Of a DNA stretch of 64,000 nt, positions 29,030 to 43,314 are shown piece by piece (positions within the stretch are counted from its first letter, which is position 1; each line of letters opens with the position of its first letter). The notes under the pieces were generated by a model. It saw only the letters and a program-made list of their open reading frames with translations. It did not search any database and was not told the DNA's origin. The stretch is from the human T2T-CHM13v2.0 reference genome, Homo sapiens, in the NCBI RefSeq assembly GCF_009914755.1, contig NC_060927.1. One strand, 5' to 3'. A program made the translations under genes and the position numbers.

Positions 29030-29548
29030 GGCTCAACTAGAATGCTAGCTTAACAACAACAGTATTAACAACAAAAATAACAATGACTTAAATAAGATAA
29101 ATCTCTCACACATAGAAAAAGGTCTGAAAGTAGGAATTACAGGTAGATATGGTGGCTCCACAATTTTCTCAAGGACCCAAGTTCCTATCTTTATTCTGTA
29201 CCATCCCAGCCTTGCTTCCCACCTTCAGAATCACGTCGTGTTCCAAGATGGCTATTGGCTCTCCAGCCATCACCACTGATTTTCAGGCTAAAAGCTAAGA
29301 GGAAAGGCAGGAGAGCAAATGGATCTTCCATCTGAGTTAGTTTCCTTTGACCAATCTTCAGAGAACTCTCACAAGTATCTCTCTTAAACAACTCAAGGCC
29401 AGAATTTAGTCCCATAGCCAAATTTAGCTGCAAAATCTGGAAGGCAATATGTTTTTTATTATGGGAAGCAATATAAAAATTCTAGTTTGTTTCTAAAGAG
29501 AAAGGGATGAATAGATGTTGTAGCAAGAAACTGGCGAGTCCTACCACA
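29030..29548 (-). mobile_element. Old MaLR LTR (MLT1K/L-like)
   Basis: CCAAGATGGCT..CTCCAGCCATCAC, GGCCAGAATTTAGTCCCATAGCC..TAGCTGCAA, end ..CTACCACA. Confidence 0.5.
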
Positions 29549-29679
29549 ATAATACTCTAAAAGTTAAATATATTATTAATAATTCACTTCTTGAAGGAAA
29601 AACTGAAGATCCCAATGCAAGTGGTGTAAGATAATGATAATTTTGTATACTCATTTGAAATCCAGAACAATATGTGCAT

Positions 29680-29680
<1 letters not shown>

Positions 29681-29714
<34 letters not shown>
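29681..29714. repeat. (CA)17 microsatellite
   Basis: Read directly. Confidence 0.95.
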
Positions 29715-29717
<3 letters not shown>

Positions 29718-31183
29718 AATCTTAACATCATTCCCTTAGCCATATTTATTAAAAGCTGCAACCATTTCTTTAGTGGGCAGAAACATGCATCTGCTATTAC
29801 TAGACACATATATCCTTTAATGTCTATCATATGTAAGTATATATAGTAAATTATATACAATTCTCATTACAGCATGTGTGCTCAATAATCCTGAACAATC
29901 AATATCAGAGCGTACAATGGCAAAATTAAGCAAGAAACGTTCCTAATAGTTTTCCATCCCAAAGTTTACTTCAGATTAAACAGTTACATATCTGAAGAAC
30001 AAATGAATGTCTTCACAATCACTTCTTTGTGATTTTCTTTCCCAGACAGTTGATTCCCAAATCAATTCTTTTCCACACAATGATTTATTTGGTAGTTGTT
30101 CTCTGTAATAAAGAGGATTTATACCAAAGCATTAAATATTGCTACTTGTAAACTTGGAGTAAACCTACTATTTTGTCTCAGTTCTATATTTTTTTCATGC
30201 CCCTCTCACGTTTCCTGTGTTTCCCTAAGAAGCCATGATTCAAAAAAAATGGACAATTTTCTTTTCCCTCAAGATTTTTGTGAAGAATGTAAAGTTAGAA
30301 TTTGTTATAACAGTGTCTCTACAGTCCCCATGCATTTTGATTAATACCAAATAAATACAACACTGAATTTTTATTTTTATTTTTTAATTAACAATATAAA
30401 TTCAGAAATTTTAAGGCTGAAGGGGATCTTGGTACTGATCACACCACTCAGTTTGCCAGATGAGGAAATTGGCAAATTTATCCAGGGTGATTGAACCCTA
30501 AAAGGTGTAGGTAATAAACCTAAATTCATGGATTATGTTATAGTGTAAAAACCATGTAATTACATGAAAAGTAACTGCTAATCAGAATAAAATTAACATA
30601 GACCAGTTATATGTTCATTTTTCTACTCAAGAAGGCATATCAAGATCCAAAACAAATATAGAAATCAGAAGAAAATGACCTACAGAAGTAACTCTAACAA
30701 TGCCAGTAGAGATCTAATATATTGCAAATCTACAGAAAGTCTTCCCTATTGGTTTTCAAGTTCCTATTCTCAGTATAAAGGAAATGATCTTTTTCTATTT
30801 TAATTATCTTGTTTGTTTTAGGGGACAAAACTTATTAGGCACCTATCTTTATGTTATCAGCTAAAATTTCTGATTTCTTATTCACTCATCTATTTAATGT
30901 GCCTTTTTTAAAGTACCTAATATATTCCAAGCATTATGCTGGACATCAGTATGTACAAAGATGATTATGAACCAGTCATTGTTTCCAAAGAGAAAGGAAC
31001 ATAAAGAGATTATTATAAACTCAAGTGGTAAAAGCAGTAATTTCTATAGGCAGAGGTCATTATGAGAACTGAGGAAAGGCACTCAACCCAGCTTGGAGAA
31101 AGTAATTACTAAACCAAGACATATACGATAAATAGGATTAATAGTTAATCACAGGAGGATCATTCTAGTCAGAGGAGAGCTCA

Positions 31184-31526
<343 letters not shown>

Positions 31527-31902
31527 GAAGAGAGAATAGGAAAAAAGTCCATTTTGTGGGAAGCAGAGAACAGTAAACAAAAGGCAAAAAGTGGCAAGTG
31601 ATGCATAAGTTAAAATATGGCTTCATGTGCCCAATTAAAGAGCTAGGATTTGATTTTTTTTTTCAAGGGAAGATACTGAAGGATTCTAAGCCAGGGGAGA
31701 GTGTATATAATAGAAACAGAAGAGGCAAGGGAGATGATTTTGTAACATTTCTATTTGAGAATGTTTACCCTAATGGCCAGGTTGATAATGGATCGGAGGG
31801 GGTAGGACTGAAGGCAGAGTGGCCATATATAGGAGATACCCATTAAGTGACGATGAGGACCTGAAATGGGGCAGAGGTAAAAAATAAGTGACATCTGAGA
31901 AA

Positions 31903-32038
31903 AGTGGTTTCCATTCCTCTCTGCACATTAGAAAAACAAATTCTAGGGCCTTACTCCCAGAGATTCTTTTTAATTGATCTAATATTTTTAAAGATCTCCA
32001 GGTGATTCTAGTTAGCAAGGGAGGCTGAGAACCACTGA
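31903..32038. mobile_element. MER5A-like hAT-Charlie MITE
   Basis: AGTGGTTTC..CCAGAGATTCT..CCAGGTGATTCT..TGAGAACCACTG. Confidence 0.7.
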
Positions 32039-32542
32039 TTAGTTAATTTAGTGGTCTTTGATAATTACAGAAATATGAGCTGTGCAAAAGATGGAGGAGT
32101 CAAGAATAACTGCCAGTGTGCTAGTTTTAATTACTGGGTGAAAGCCTCAACAACTGGCATAGAGAATATTATAGAACAATCTATTTCAGGGAAAGAAAGA
32201 ATGAACTTAATTTTGAAAATGGAAAATTTAAGACATCTATGGAATAAGCAGATGTTTATTAGATGATCGAATATAAATGATCACGTTTGGCAACACTGAC
32301 AATTGAGTAATACCTGAGAGTTATTAAACCATAAAAGGAGATTACATAGGATAAGAAGAGCACTGAGATGATAATTGAACCCTGAGGAACAACATTCAGA
32401 GAATAACAGAAGAAAAAGATATTATAGACAAACAAAGGACAAAATAGATAATCACAAAAAAAAAGTTGAGATTTCCATGTTTCTATGGAGTGAGCAACAG
32501 TTTCAATACAGGAAAGAGCTCCAATTTATTTTAAAAATTGCA

Positions 32543-32829
32543 GGCCAAGTGGAGTGGCTCATGACTATAGTCCCAGCACTCTGAGAGGCTGAGGCAAGAG
32601 GATCCCTTGAAGCCAAGAGTTTGAGACCAGCCTGGGCAACATAGTGAGACCTCACCTTTACAAAAAATACAAAAATATCTGGGCATGATGACGCTCACCT
32701 GTAGACCCACCTACTTGGGGGACTGAGGCTGGAGGATCCCTTGAGCACAGGAGTTCGAGGCTGCAGTGAGCTAGGATGCTGCCAGTGGACTCCAGCCTGG
32801 GTGATAAAGTGAAACCCTGACTCAAAAAA
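32543..32829 (+). mobile_element. AluJ
   Basis: AluJ features (GAGGATCCCTTGAG, GGAGTTCGAGGCTGCAGTGAGCT); heavily diverged. Confidence 0.9.
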
Positions 32830-33096
32830 TAATTTTTTTTTTGCAAAACATTCATAGGCTATAACAACTGGAGATGAGAAGAGAAACATGAGAAACGTGG
32901 ATAAGAGAATTTAAATAGTACCTGTACAAAAATGCAGGTTATGTGGGGAAAGAAGAGAGCAAAATCTTGGAATGAGAAATTTAAAGAGTGTATATGTTGA
33001 GAGATAATTTTAAAAGGAAGAGATTAAAGGGCATGTCACCCGATGAGAATGGAAAAAAGGAGACCTCTGCTATAAAAAGAGCAATACACAGATATA

Positions 33097-33213
33097 CAGT
33101 CATGCACCCCAGAACAACATTTCAGTCAGTGACATACCACATATATGACTGTGGTCCCATGAAATTATAGTACCATATTTTTACTGTACCTTTTCTATCT
33201 TTAGAAATACAAA
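33097..33213 (+). mobile_element. Truncated Tigger3a/MER7A 5' fragment
   Basis: TA|CAGTCATGC TIR then GGTCCCATGAAATTATAGTACCATATTTTTACTGTACCTTTTCTA; no right-hand TIR seen. Confidence 0.75.
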
Positions 33214-36205
33214 TCTGACCAAGCCCATCTGACCAGGCCTTCTTTACTTAACCAATTTCAAGTTTCTATGACTCTATGCTCTTTAATGTCAGAGCTCACC
33301 CACACTGTACACATTGTACTCAGATTGTGTTATGTTTTTTTTCCAGGCAAGTTCCTGTTCTCTCTCAGTCTTCTTTCCTCCAACTGACTGCTGAAAAATT
33401 ATGACAAATTTTCTCACACTGACAGTTATATGAGCTTAATATGTTATTTTTTCCCAAATAGTTACCTTTTATGCAGGAATAACAGGATGTCATCATTTGG
33501 TAGTGTTTTATGCCAGTGTCATGCTTGGGTAGGATTGATGATTTTGATTATGTGCACCCCCACGCAGTCAAACACCTCCCCAACAGGAAGTCATTTCGTC
33601 TACTTACATACTGGTTTTTTTTTTTCTGTCATGTCTTGTTTTTGTTTTTATTTTGCTTGCTGATTACAAGAAAACCTCAATCTCCAACAGAAAAAGAGAA
33701 AATGAAGGAGGCTTCATGTTGCTATTTAATCTTTGGTATTAAGGAATAAACAGATGTACATTTTAAATATAATTTCATGACCAGCAGGCAAGGACAAGAG
33801 GCAGGGTGAGGTCAGGAGATATGTGTAGCTTATACCCTCTATATAATACAAAGGAGTATTCATATGAGTAATACCAATAAAATATAGATCAAAGCCTTTC
33901 TTACTACCTAAGGTGAACTGAATATAAAGAAAAATGAATTTGAAAATAAAAGGCAGCATTTTAGAAGGCAGTCTTGGGAAAGGGACTGGGGTGATGAAAC
34001 AGTTGATTTCCTACACTTCTCCATTCCCTATGCCTGCTCTCTAAATGACCTATTTTTAATGCTTCATCTTATTCTCACAAGTCTCAAGAATATTGTGAAG
34101 AAGGCAATCAAAATTGCAAACATTGATTTTTAAAATATATATATACATAAAGGATAAATGACGGAATTGTTTGTGTTGAATGTCAACAGCAGAGAAAGAA
34201 AGACCTAACTACCTAGTTAGTCAGTTTCCTAAAGGAACCTGACTTAGAAAAAGAGGTTTATAAAAATTTGGGGGGAAAATAGCCACTTCATTTCTTCCTG
34301 GTTACCAAATATCTCGACAGTCTTTTCTTTTTCAGTTACAAATAAGTCTGCCAAAAAGAAAAGCAAAATTGTTTACCTACCTACCCTACAACTCTCTTTT
34401 CTTTTTCTCAAGTTCTTCCTTACTTGGTTTTTAAAGCATGAAACAATCCTCCCATTGCATCAACATATACAAAGAATAGCCAGGGAGTCTTTGCTCTGGG
34501 TCAGATACAAGATAATTCTTGCATGAAATTAGCTATTTCTTGGCAGAGCTAAAAATAACAAACTGTTTGAGATTTTACCATGGCTCATCCAACTTTGAAA
34601 CAAGCTTCTCTTCCAAATTCCTTGTGGATAACTCGTCCTCTGCCTCTTCAACCTTGAAGTACCTGATGGAAGCATTTTCTTTCATAGGTGAATGCTTCCT
34701 TTCCAAATTCACAGAGAATTGCCACATGTTTTCTCAGGGTCTAATGTTGTAGGAAGTAAGTGTTATTGTAGAATTGTTATTACATATGCACAATTAAACC
34801 ATATTATTTGTAAAAAAAAAATTAACAGGGATATATTATAAATCTGGAGCTTCTTCAAACACACTGTAAATTGAGTGCTACCAGCTTATTCAACACATAT
34901 GTACATAAATATGTAACTACAGTGCTTACTATAAACTAAGACAAAAATGGATGTTTAACTTGGGCAAGAGAGGTAAGGAAGTACACCAGAGAGAAAGTAT
35001 GCTAGACCTTCCAGGATATTGAGTGAAGGAAATTGAAGTTCAGAGATGGGAGTTAAAATTGGGGGATGAAGTGCAACACAAATAATCAAGTCTCGACGTC
35101 CCTAGGAAAGAACGGTATCAGCCCCCATACCAGAAAGGTCACAGTGAGAATGACAAAATTCAATACATAATAAAAATTAAGTTATGGGAATTTTTGAATT
35201 TTTTAATTGGGAGTTTGTACCAATTCTGTAGTCAAAGGAATTTTTAAAAAGGGAAAGAGGTAAAAGGTAAAATAAAATTATTATTTAAGGGATGTATTAT
35301 TGGTATGGTAGAGTATCTAAGAAAATATAGAAATGAGGATACTGGTAGCAAGGGCTCTTGTTAGCAGGCTATCTACCTGGTTTGGGTTTGAGCAGATTAG
35401 GATCTGGGAAAATGTGGCAGCTCCAGCAATGAAAAGAAGTTAAAAATAATGAATATTAGACATACGTTTTAAAGAAAAAGGATCATGACTTTGATTTTCA
35501 TTAAATATGATTTAGAAAAGAAGTAAAAAAGAACATTTATTTATAAATATATGTAGATATAGATATATACTTTTATCAAAGATATGTATATAACATACAT
35601 ATCTTACTTAAAAAAACATAGGGAAGTCAAGAAGGGGTATAGAATTGGGGTTATATCACAATTCCTAACAATATCTGGTTAAATAATCATTGGTTTGATA
35701 GATGGGGAAATAGCTTAGGATAGAGCAAAATCTCTGGGTTAGGAAGATTCAATGCTTCAATTCCAAATACAACCCCGCTTTGTGATATAACAACCTTTGC
35801 TTAAACACAAAGAGAGTATTCTGTTCCCACTTAGGTACTTCTCTTTATGGGAAGAAAGCTGTTCCTTGCAAGCAGCTAAAATCTATGTACTTAGACATGT
35901 CTCAGTGACCTCAATTCTCCCAATTGGGGCCATAAAGAGAAATGCAATGTGCGTTTTGGTAGAAAAGTCTTTACAGTATATTAACAAGACAACATAAAGT
36001 TTCCTGTACCTTCTATTATTTAGGATAAATAGTCTAAGTTTTTTAAACTGGTCTTCAAATTATTTGCTATTTCTTCACTTTCTGGTATTTCTCTCTTAAA
36101 ATATAATGTTCATGTATGAATACTCTTGCAGACACTGTCTCATTACCAAGCATATTTAGACTTGTTCATTTTACACATAATAAATTTATTAAGACAGCCT
36201 TTTCT

Positions 36206-36505
36206 TTTTTTTTTTTTTTTTTGAGACGGAGTCTCGCTCTGTCGCCCAGGCTGGAGTGCAGTGGCGGGATCTCGGCTCACTGCAAGCTCCGCCTCCCGGG
36301 TCACGCCATTCTCCTGCCTCAGCCTCCCAAGTAGCTGGGACTACAGGCGCCCGCCACTACGCTCGGCTAATTTTTTGTATTTTTTTTAGTAGAGACGGGG
36401 TTTCACAGTTTTAGCCGGGATGGTCTCGATCTCCTGACCTCGTGATCCGCCCGCCTCAGCCTCCCAAAGTGCTGGGATTACAGGCGTGAGCCACCGCGCC
36501 CGGCC
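36206..36505 (-). mobile_element. AluYa5
   Basis: Ya5 diagnostics in element sense: CATCCCGGCTAAAAC, GCGTAGTGGCG, TACTTGGGAG, GAGATCCCGCC. Perfect 16-bp TSD TAAGACAGCCTTTTCT at 36190-36205 and 36506-36521. Confidence 0.9.
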
Positions 36506-38879
36506 TAAGACAGCCTTTTCTACCACCGATGTGGTCTGTCAGGTCATTGTTTTGTTTAAGCTCGAGTCTATTTCATCCAAAAATACTACTTAGTTAATTT
36601 TTTTGCCCATCTTTTTGACTGCCTAAATAACGTTATTAATTATAACTTTCTCATAACCCATCAGTTAAAACATGCACACACATATATATACACACATACA
36701 CACACACACACACAAACTCTAGTGATCAATAGGACCATTTACCATAGTAGCAGACACAAATCCAAGAAAGTTTGTCAAGTCTACCTTAAAGGATCTCTTC
36801 ACTAGAATCAAAGGAAGAGTCTTCAAATCCACTTCAGATAATTTCTCTTACTGATTCAACATTCATGTAACAGAAGCCACCAAATGACATTTAGCTAATG
36901 CCTGAAATGGATAAGCTTATGAAGAATGGCTCAACATTTTTTGGCGATGTCATAAAGGTTAAGCTTCAATAAGAAAGAAATTCAAGAGAAGTCATTTTAT
37001 AATAAACTCATATACAACATATAACTGAAGAGACATGCTGAATCAGTATTTGATGAAAATATTCTTACGCTTGTATAATTTAGATGTGTGTCCTTTCATA
37101 CATAGCAGATTCTAATATGTAATTCTTAACTAAATAAAGAAGCTTATCACTGTGGAAACAAAAATGTTTACTTGAAGTCTGAAATGAACTCAACTGGGTG
37201 GAATTTATCTCAGAGGCCTCAGTGATGCTTGTATCATAAAATCTACATTAAAAATAGAAAAAGAATTAAATATAATAATCAAAGCACAATGTGTGAAAAT
37301 AAGTACTCGGTAAATGCTACCTTGATCCAAATAGTGAAAAATTGCGGGGGCAGGAAGAGATGCTGAGAGTAATGGAAACTTTTACAACAGTATAAATTTG
37401 ATTAATAACCTGACACATTAAAAAAAAAAAAAGCTGGTTCAGACTAAGCCAGAAAAGGTACAAATAGAACTTGAAATCATAACTTTTGATAAAGCAGAAA
37501 AGATACAGCAGTATTAAAAATGAATTATGCAGTGACTAAAGTTAACTGTAAAGGTTGGTGGTCGTGTATTTCAGTGGAGCCCACTCTGTTCATAGCCACA
37601 AACCAGATTTGTTACAGTTTCTGATTTAAGACATTACAGGTGTGGAGACTGTGGTAGGTAGAATCAGAATATTTATAGGCCCTAGAAGTGGACACTTTAA
37701 AAATTCCAGAGAGTGCTAAAATTTCATTACTTTTTTCTTTAAGGTAGTTCCAGAAAACAGTGGATTACTTTCCTTCTGGTAATAAAAATGGTAGCAGTGT
37801 CAGTAATTTCAGAAAGGAAAAATTAGCAGCAAGATTATTGCTACTGCATTTACAGTTAGATAGAGAAGTCAGATTTTTCATTCTGATTCCATTAAAATGA
37901 GGAATAATTGAAAATTCTATTTCCTCCCCCACACAATGGAAGACTCATATTTCTAATAATCTTCACTCACAATTTTCAAAAGGAAAAAAATTATAATAAA
38001 ATGGCAACACATTATACCAGTAGTCATACTAACTTATTTTTCATAAGCTTAAAGGTGTATTTGCAACTTAGAGATACAAAAGGAATTTTATAAACACTTA
38101 GGCTGAAGACCAATTTGTCAAGTCAGAACCCAAGGGGGAACAAACATAGGAAAAAAGGTAAATGGGATAATATACTTTAAAGACTAGAGAGAGAAAGGCA
38201 ACTGAAACCATTAGATGAATGTTGTCCTAAAATTCTTCTTTGTCCATTCACCAAACTATGAAAATAAAGGGGAGAGAAAAAAGAAGAGAGTGACCTTAAA
38301 TTTTTAAAAAATGGCTAAATTATTTACTTGTCAATGTTGACATTTTGAAAAGATCAACAATTTTGGTTGAAACTATGTTTTCTCAGAAAACTGAACATCT
38401 TTGTCTAGTAATGGGAGGAAAAGCCTTTAAAATCCTTTGAAAATTAAATAGCTAAACTAATGATTTAATTTTAAATCAAGGTATGTTATTATTAAATATT
38501 CATTTTCCATTTTATTTAATAAATATTAAGCATCTTTTATGTGCGGATGGAGATACGCTGGTATACACAGATAAACAAGTCAAAGTGTTGTACTAGAAAT
38601 TCTGGTAGTTCAAATGGTAAAAACTCAATTCAAACCAGTTTAAGTAAAATGAAGGAAGGAGCCGGGTCTGGGGGAGTTGTGCTTTTATCCCCAGGCCCAA
38701 CTGAGTTTCCAGATGCTCACACAACTATTATGTTGTTTCAGCATTGGTCCTATTTGTAAGCAGTATCCTCCCCCCAGTTGGTAGCAAGTTGGACACTGGC
38801 AGTTCAAGGCGTTCATCATTGTCACAGCTTATTATCCCTGTGAAAGTAGTCCCCTACTCCACAGTTTAAAGAAATTCTT

Positions 38880-39173
38880 GGCGGGGCGCGGTGGCTCACG
38901 CCTGTAATCCCAGCACTTTGGAAGGTCGAGGGGGGGCGGATCACGAGTTGAGGAGATGGAGCCCATCCTGGCTAACACGGTGAAACCTCGTCTCTACTAA
39001 AAATACAAAAAATCAGCCGGGCGTGGCGGCGGGCGCCTGTAGTCCCAGCTACTCGGCTGGCTGAGGCAGGAGAATGGCGTGACGCGGTGGGCGGAGCTTG
39101 CAGTGAGCCGAGATCGCGCCACTGCACTCCAGCCTGGGGGACAGAGTGAGACTCTGTCTCAAAAAAAAAAATA
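38880..39173 (+). mobile_element. AluY-like with an atypical substitution pattern
   Basis: AluY backbone (GGCTAACACGGTG, AATGGCGTG, GAGCTTGCAGTGAGCCGAGATCGCGCC). Confidence 0.93.
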
Positions 39174-39519
39174 AAGAAAAATTGATTAGCCTGGCTTGTA
39201 TCATTAATTGATGCCCCAAACAGTTACTGGAGCCATAAGATCGAAGGTCTGATTAGGGGGTTTCATTCCACCCACACGGAATGAGGATCAAGTGAGGAGA
39301 TAGTTCTTCAAAGAGGTGCTAACTAGACAAAAACCAAGCGTCCACCTCAGGTATTTCATGGCCACAAGAGCTCTGTATGTAAGATGAATAAGATCTGAGT
39401 TTAGTCCTCACTCCGCTGATTACTAGTTTTGACCAGCCACCCAATCTCATTAACTCTCAGTTTCTTGTAAAGTAGGAACATAAATAGTTTATCTGGAAAG
39501 ACAATGGGGTATTCTATTC

Positions 39520-40856
39520 ATCGAATGACAATTCCAGGACAACACACTTGCCTAGTTTTATTTCTTTCTCACCAGACACCACTTCTTGTTGTCTTCTGCT
39601 GCATCCTCCTCTCGTAGTTAATTTCTCAGTGGGGAACGGACTAGTCCTCTGGTCTGCTCTTCTCCACCTGCAACATCTCTTTAAATGACCGCATTCTCTC
39701 TCATGGCCTTAAATACCATCCGAATATTTAATTTCAACTCTGACTTCTCCCTGCCACTCCAGAATCTTATATCTCTATATCTACTTGATATTTCTACATG
39801 AATATTTAATAAACCCAAAACAGAACTTCTGATATTATAAACCCTCAAGCCCATTTCCTCCTGCACATATTTATTTCGAAAATCTAGGGGTTACTCTTGA
39901 TTCTGTTTCTTTCTTTACCTTTCATTTCTACCTTACTGACAAGTCATGTAAATTCTACTTCTAAAACTTAACCCAAACTCATTCCCTCTCTCCGTCTTCA
40001 CTAATAGTCCAGCTCAAGAAATTATTGTCTGTTTACTATTAACCTCCTAAATTATCTCTCCTGCCTTCCTATATTCTATTCTCAGCAGAACAGCCAGAAT
40101 ATTCCAGTTAAAACGTAACTTAGGTCACAACACACAAAACTTTCAAATCCCACTCAGCTTCCTATCTCACTTAGAGTAAAGATCTTCATCTCTAGCATTA
40201 CCTACAAAGCCCTGCATGGTCTGGGACACATTATCTTTCCTACCTCATCTCTTGACCATTCCTATTTCTCAACCACATTAGCTCATTCTTGCCTTAGGGG
40301 TTTCTTTCCAGCCTCTCCTTTTCCTGCTCTTCCCTTTCTCTTCTTCTCAGGCCTGATTCTTTCTAGTAGCTATCAGTTTAAATGTCTGGTAGCTATCATC
40401 TTTGCAAAATGTTGTTTTCCAATTAATCAAAAATGGCCACCCAATCTCACTCTATTACAGGAGTCTGGAAACTTTTCCTGCAAGTACTAGATAGCAAATA
40501 TTTTTAGGCTTTGCAGGCCATATGTTCTCTATCACAGCTAATTGACCTTGGTGTTGCAGCAGAAAAGCATTCATAGACAATATATAAGTAAATGTGTTGC
40601 TGTGTTCTGATAAAACTTTATTTGCAAAAACAAGCCAGCATAGTTTGCCAATCCTTGTTCAATAACATCAAACTGTATTGATCCTCTGCTTAGCTGAATC
40701 TTATTTGTGTACTGTGCTTTTGTTTATTAGAATTTAAACTCCACTGGAGCAGCAGCAACCTTGCTTATCTCAATCATTATTTTGTTTCCAACACCTATTG
40801 CCTGGAGCATAAAGGGAAATACTTATTGAATGAATGAGTGGATAAATGAATGAATA
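39520..40856 (+). mobile_element. L2 fragment with 3' end, interrupted by MER58A
   Basis: CATGGCCTTAAATACCATC, CTACTTGATATTTCTAC, CCTACAAAGCCCTGCATGGTCTGG, and a (TGAA)n-like tail at 40826-40855. Confidence 0.6.
40458..40657. mobile_element. MER58A-like hAT-Charlie element
   Basis: AAATATTTTTAGGCTTTGCAGGCCATA..GCTGTGTTCTGATAAAACTTTATTT..TAGTTTGCCAATCCTTG. Confidence 0.75.
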
Positions 40857-41118
40857 AAACTAGTATGTAAAATCCAAAACAGAAAAAATGCAAACACCAT
40901 CTCAGAGAGCTTACCTAATATTTCATTATGATAAGAAAGATTCGAAAATTGTTACTATTAGTAGGTGATTTTACTATTTAAAGGCTTGCCTTTATTCTTT
41001 AGGTACAATGATACCATATAATGATAGAAAGTGAAAAGGGAAAATTAAATTGTGATTATACCGTATATATTTTACAAATTCTACTCATTTTTGCTTTCCA
41101 TTAAGATACTTCTCTTGC

Positions 41119-41339
41119 CAGTGCTTCTCAGCCTGCAGTGATTTTGCCCCCAAGGGAACGTTTGGCAATGTCTAAAGACATTTTTGATTATCGCTTCTTG
41201 TAGGAGTTAGGGTACTGTTAGAATCTAGAAGATAGGGGCCAGGGGTGTTGCTAAATGTCCTGCAGTGCACAGGACAAACCCCCACAACAAGGAATGACCC
41301 TGTCTAAAATGTCAGTAGGGCAGAGGTTAAGAAACTCTG
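41119..41339. mobile_element. MER20 hAT-Charlie element
   Basis: CAGTGCTTCTCA..GATTTTGCCCCC..TTTGGCAATGTCT..GCACAGGACA..GAGGTTAAGAAACTCTG. Confidence 0.85.
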
Positions 41340-42060
41340 TCTTAGGCTTGTTTCTCATGAAGATAGATTTTTGTTGTTTTTAGGGAAATTCTTACAGAAT
41401 TTCTGGATGCTACCTTAGGCTGTGGACTAATGTTGAAAACTTCTGAGAAAGTAAATTGTATTTCTTAAAGGCCATAACTTTTATTTGAGATACAAAGCCA
41501 TTCTGAAGGGTTCACTTCACATGGGGGAAGAGACAAGCCTTATTGTCACATTCATATTCCAAGAACATTCAGCCAATCCGATAAACTCTTTAAAGGAGTC
41601 AGACTTCAGACTGCATGTTCGTTAAGTGCCTACCACATTTCATAATATTCATTGGCCAAATGACAATAATGACAGTAAATTTGAGCTGACATCCTATTGC
41701 AGCAACAAAACAGGAAGGGAAGGAAGGAGCATTCCAAGGGCAAGAACAATACAGCAAATATCCTTTTATAGTTTTCATGTAAGCCCAGTGACTTTGTTGT
41801 TACATTGCTGATACTGTCTATTGTTGAGTTAACCTGGCTGCATGCCACAATATCTCAATAAGTTAAATGCAGACAAATAATAGCTGTAATTTCTTGACAC
41901 TTGATGCTAGAGATAATTTTTCTCTTGTTTCTATTTTTCATAGATCTTAATAGAATATATCAAGAATCTGTTTATCTAAATACAGACCTATTATTGAGGA
42001 TAATAAAGAGTACTTTCATAACCATTTACCTCATACTTACCTAACACAGCAGGAGAACAG

Positions 42061-42080
42061 GTGCGTGTGTGTGTGTGTGT

Positions 42081-42111
<31 letters not shown>
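42061..42111. repeat. Interrupted (GT)n microsatellite
   Basis: Read directly. Confidence 0.95.
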
Positions 42112-42112
<1 letters not shown>

Positions 42113-43012
42113 TGAAGTTTTGAAGGGAGGGAGTCTAGACAACCAAAGTCAATGTTTGTACATCTTGATGCTGTTCATATCATTAAATATATAAAAGGGA
42201 TTATACATGAACAATATGGGTAATTAGGTCTTCATGAAACTGCATAGAGCTTTATTATTCAGTTTATTCTACTCCCAACCTCTGTGATTGTTTCTTCCCT
42301 GCCAATCTTTTGGGAATGTCTTCCTTCTATTTTCTTATGTTGGATATTTCTTAAAGTTCTGTCTTTGGTCTCCCTCATCTCATTCTGTATTCTGCTTTAG
42401 GATTTCATTTGCTCTAATGGCTTCAACTACCACTTCTGTGCCAACGACTTTCAGGTCTTTATCTCCACCTTTCCCCAACCTCAGAAATAGCTATTCTTCA
42501 TTTTTAATAGCTATGGGTATATCTACTTGGAAATTGCAAATTCTCTTATTGGCTTAAATTGTGTATGTCTAAAACTCAGCTGACAGTTTCCTCTTTTTAT
42601 GTGGAGCTTTTCCACTGATGCTAATACCATTTATCCCATTGGGTAATACAAAAACATAGAAATTACCCTGGCCCTTACTTCTCTCTAATGCATATCATAT
42701 CGTAAAACCCTACCCTTTTTCCTCTGAAATATTCTTAAACAGGTTCACTTCTCCCCTGTTTCTCACTACCACACAGTCTATATTACCACTTTGTCTTCTG
42801 ATTATGGTACTTTCATGCTTAAAAATTTTCAGTGTCATCCTCTTGCTCCTAGCTTAACACAAACTATAAGGCTGTACATGATTTAGCTTTCTTTCCCCTC
42901 TTTTCTGGGATTGCACCTCCTCTCCCCTTGCTCTCTGCTCCAGCAACATGGCCATCTTTCCACGTCTTAGACAACCATCTTCTTTCTCCTCTCCATCAGA
43001 TTCTGTAGTGGG

Positions 43013-43314
43013 TTTGTTGTTGTTGTTGCTGTTGTTTGTTTGTTTGTTTGTTTGTTTTTGAGGCAGAGTCTGGCTCTGCCACCCAGGCTGGAGTGCAGTC
43101 ATGCAATCTCGGCGCACTGCAACCTCCGCCTCCCAGATTCAAACTATTCTCATGCCTCAGCCTCCCGAGTAACTGGAATTACAGGCGTGCGCCAACCATG
43201 CCCAGGGTTTCACAATGTTTGCCAGGCTGGTCTTGAACTCCTGGCCTCAAGTGATCCACCTGCCTCGGCCTCTCAAAGTGCTGGGATTACAGGCCTGAGC
43301 TACCACGCCTGGCC
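43013..43314 (-). mobile_element. Alu (S/Jb-like) lacking the A-rich linker, with a (GTT)/(GTTT) microsatellite tail
   Basis: CATGCCCAG joins directly to GGTTTCAC, deleting the middle linker. Confidence 0.9.
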
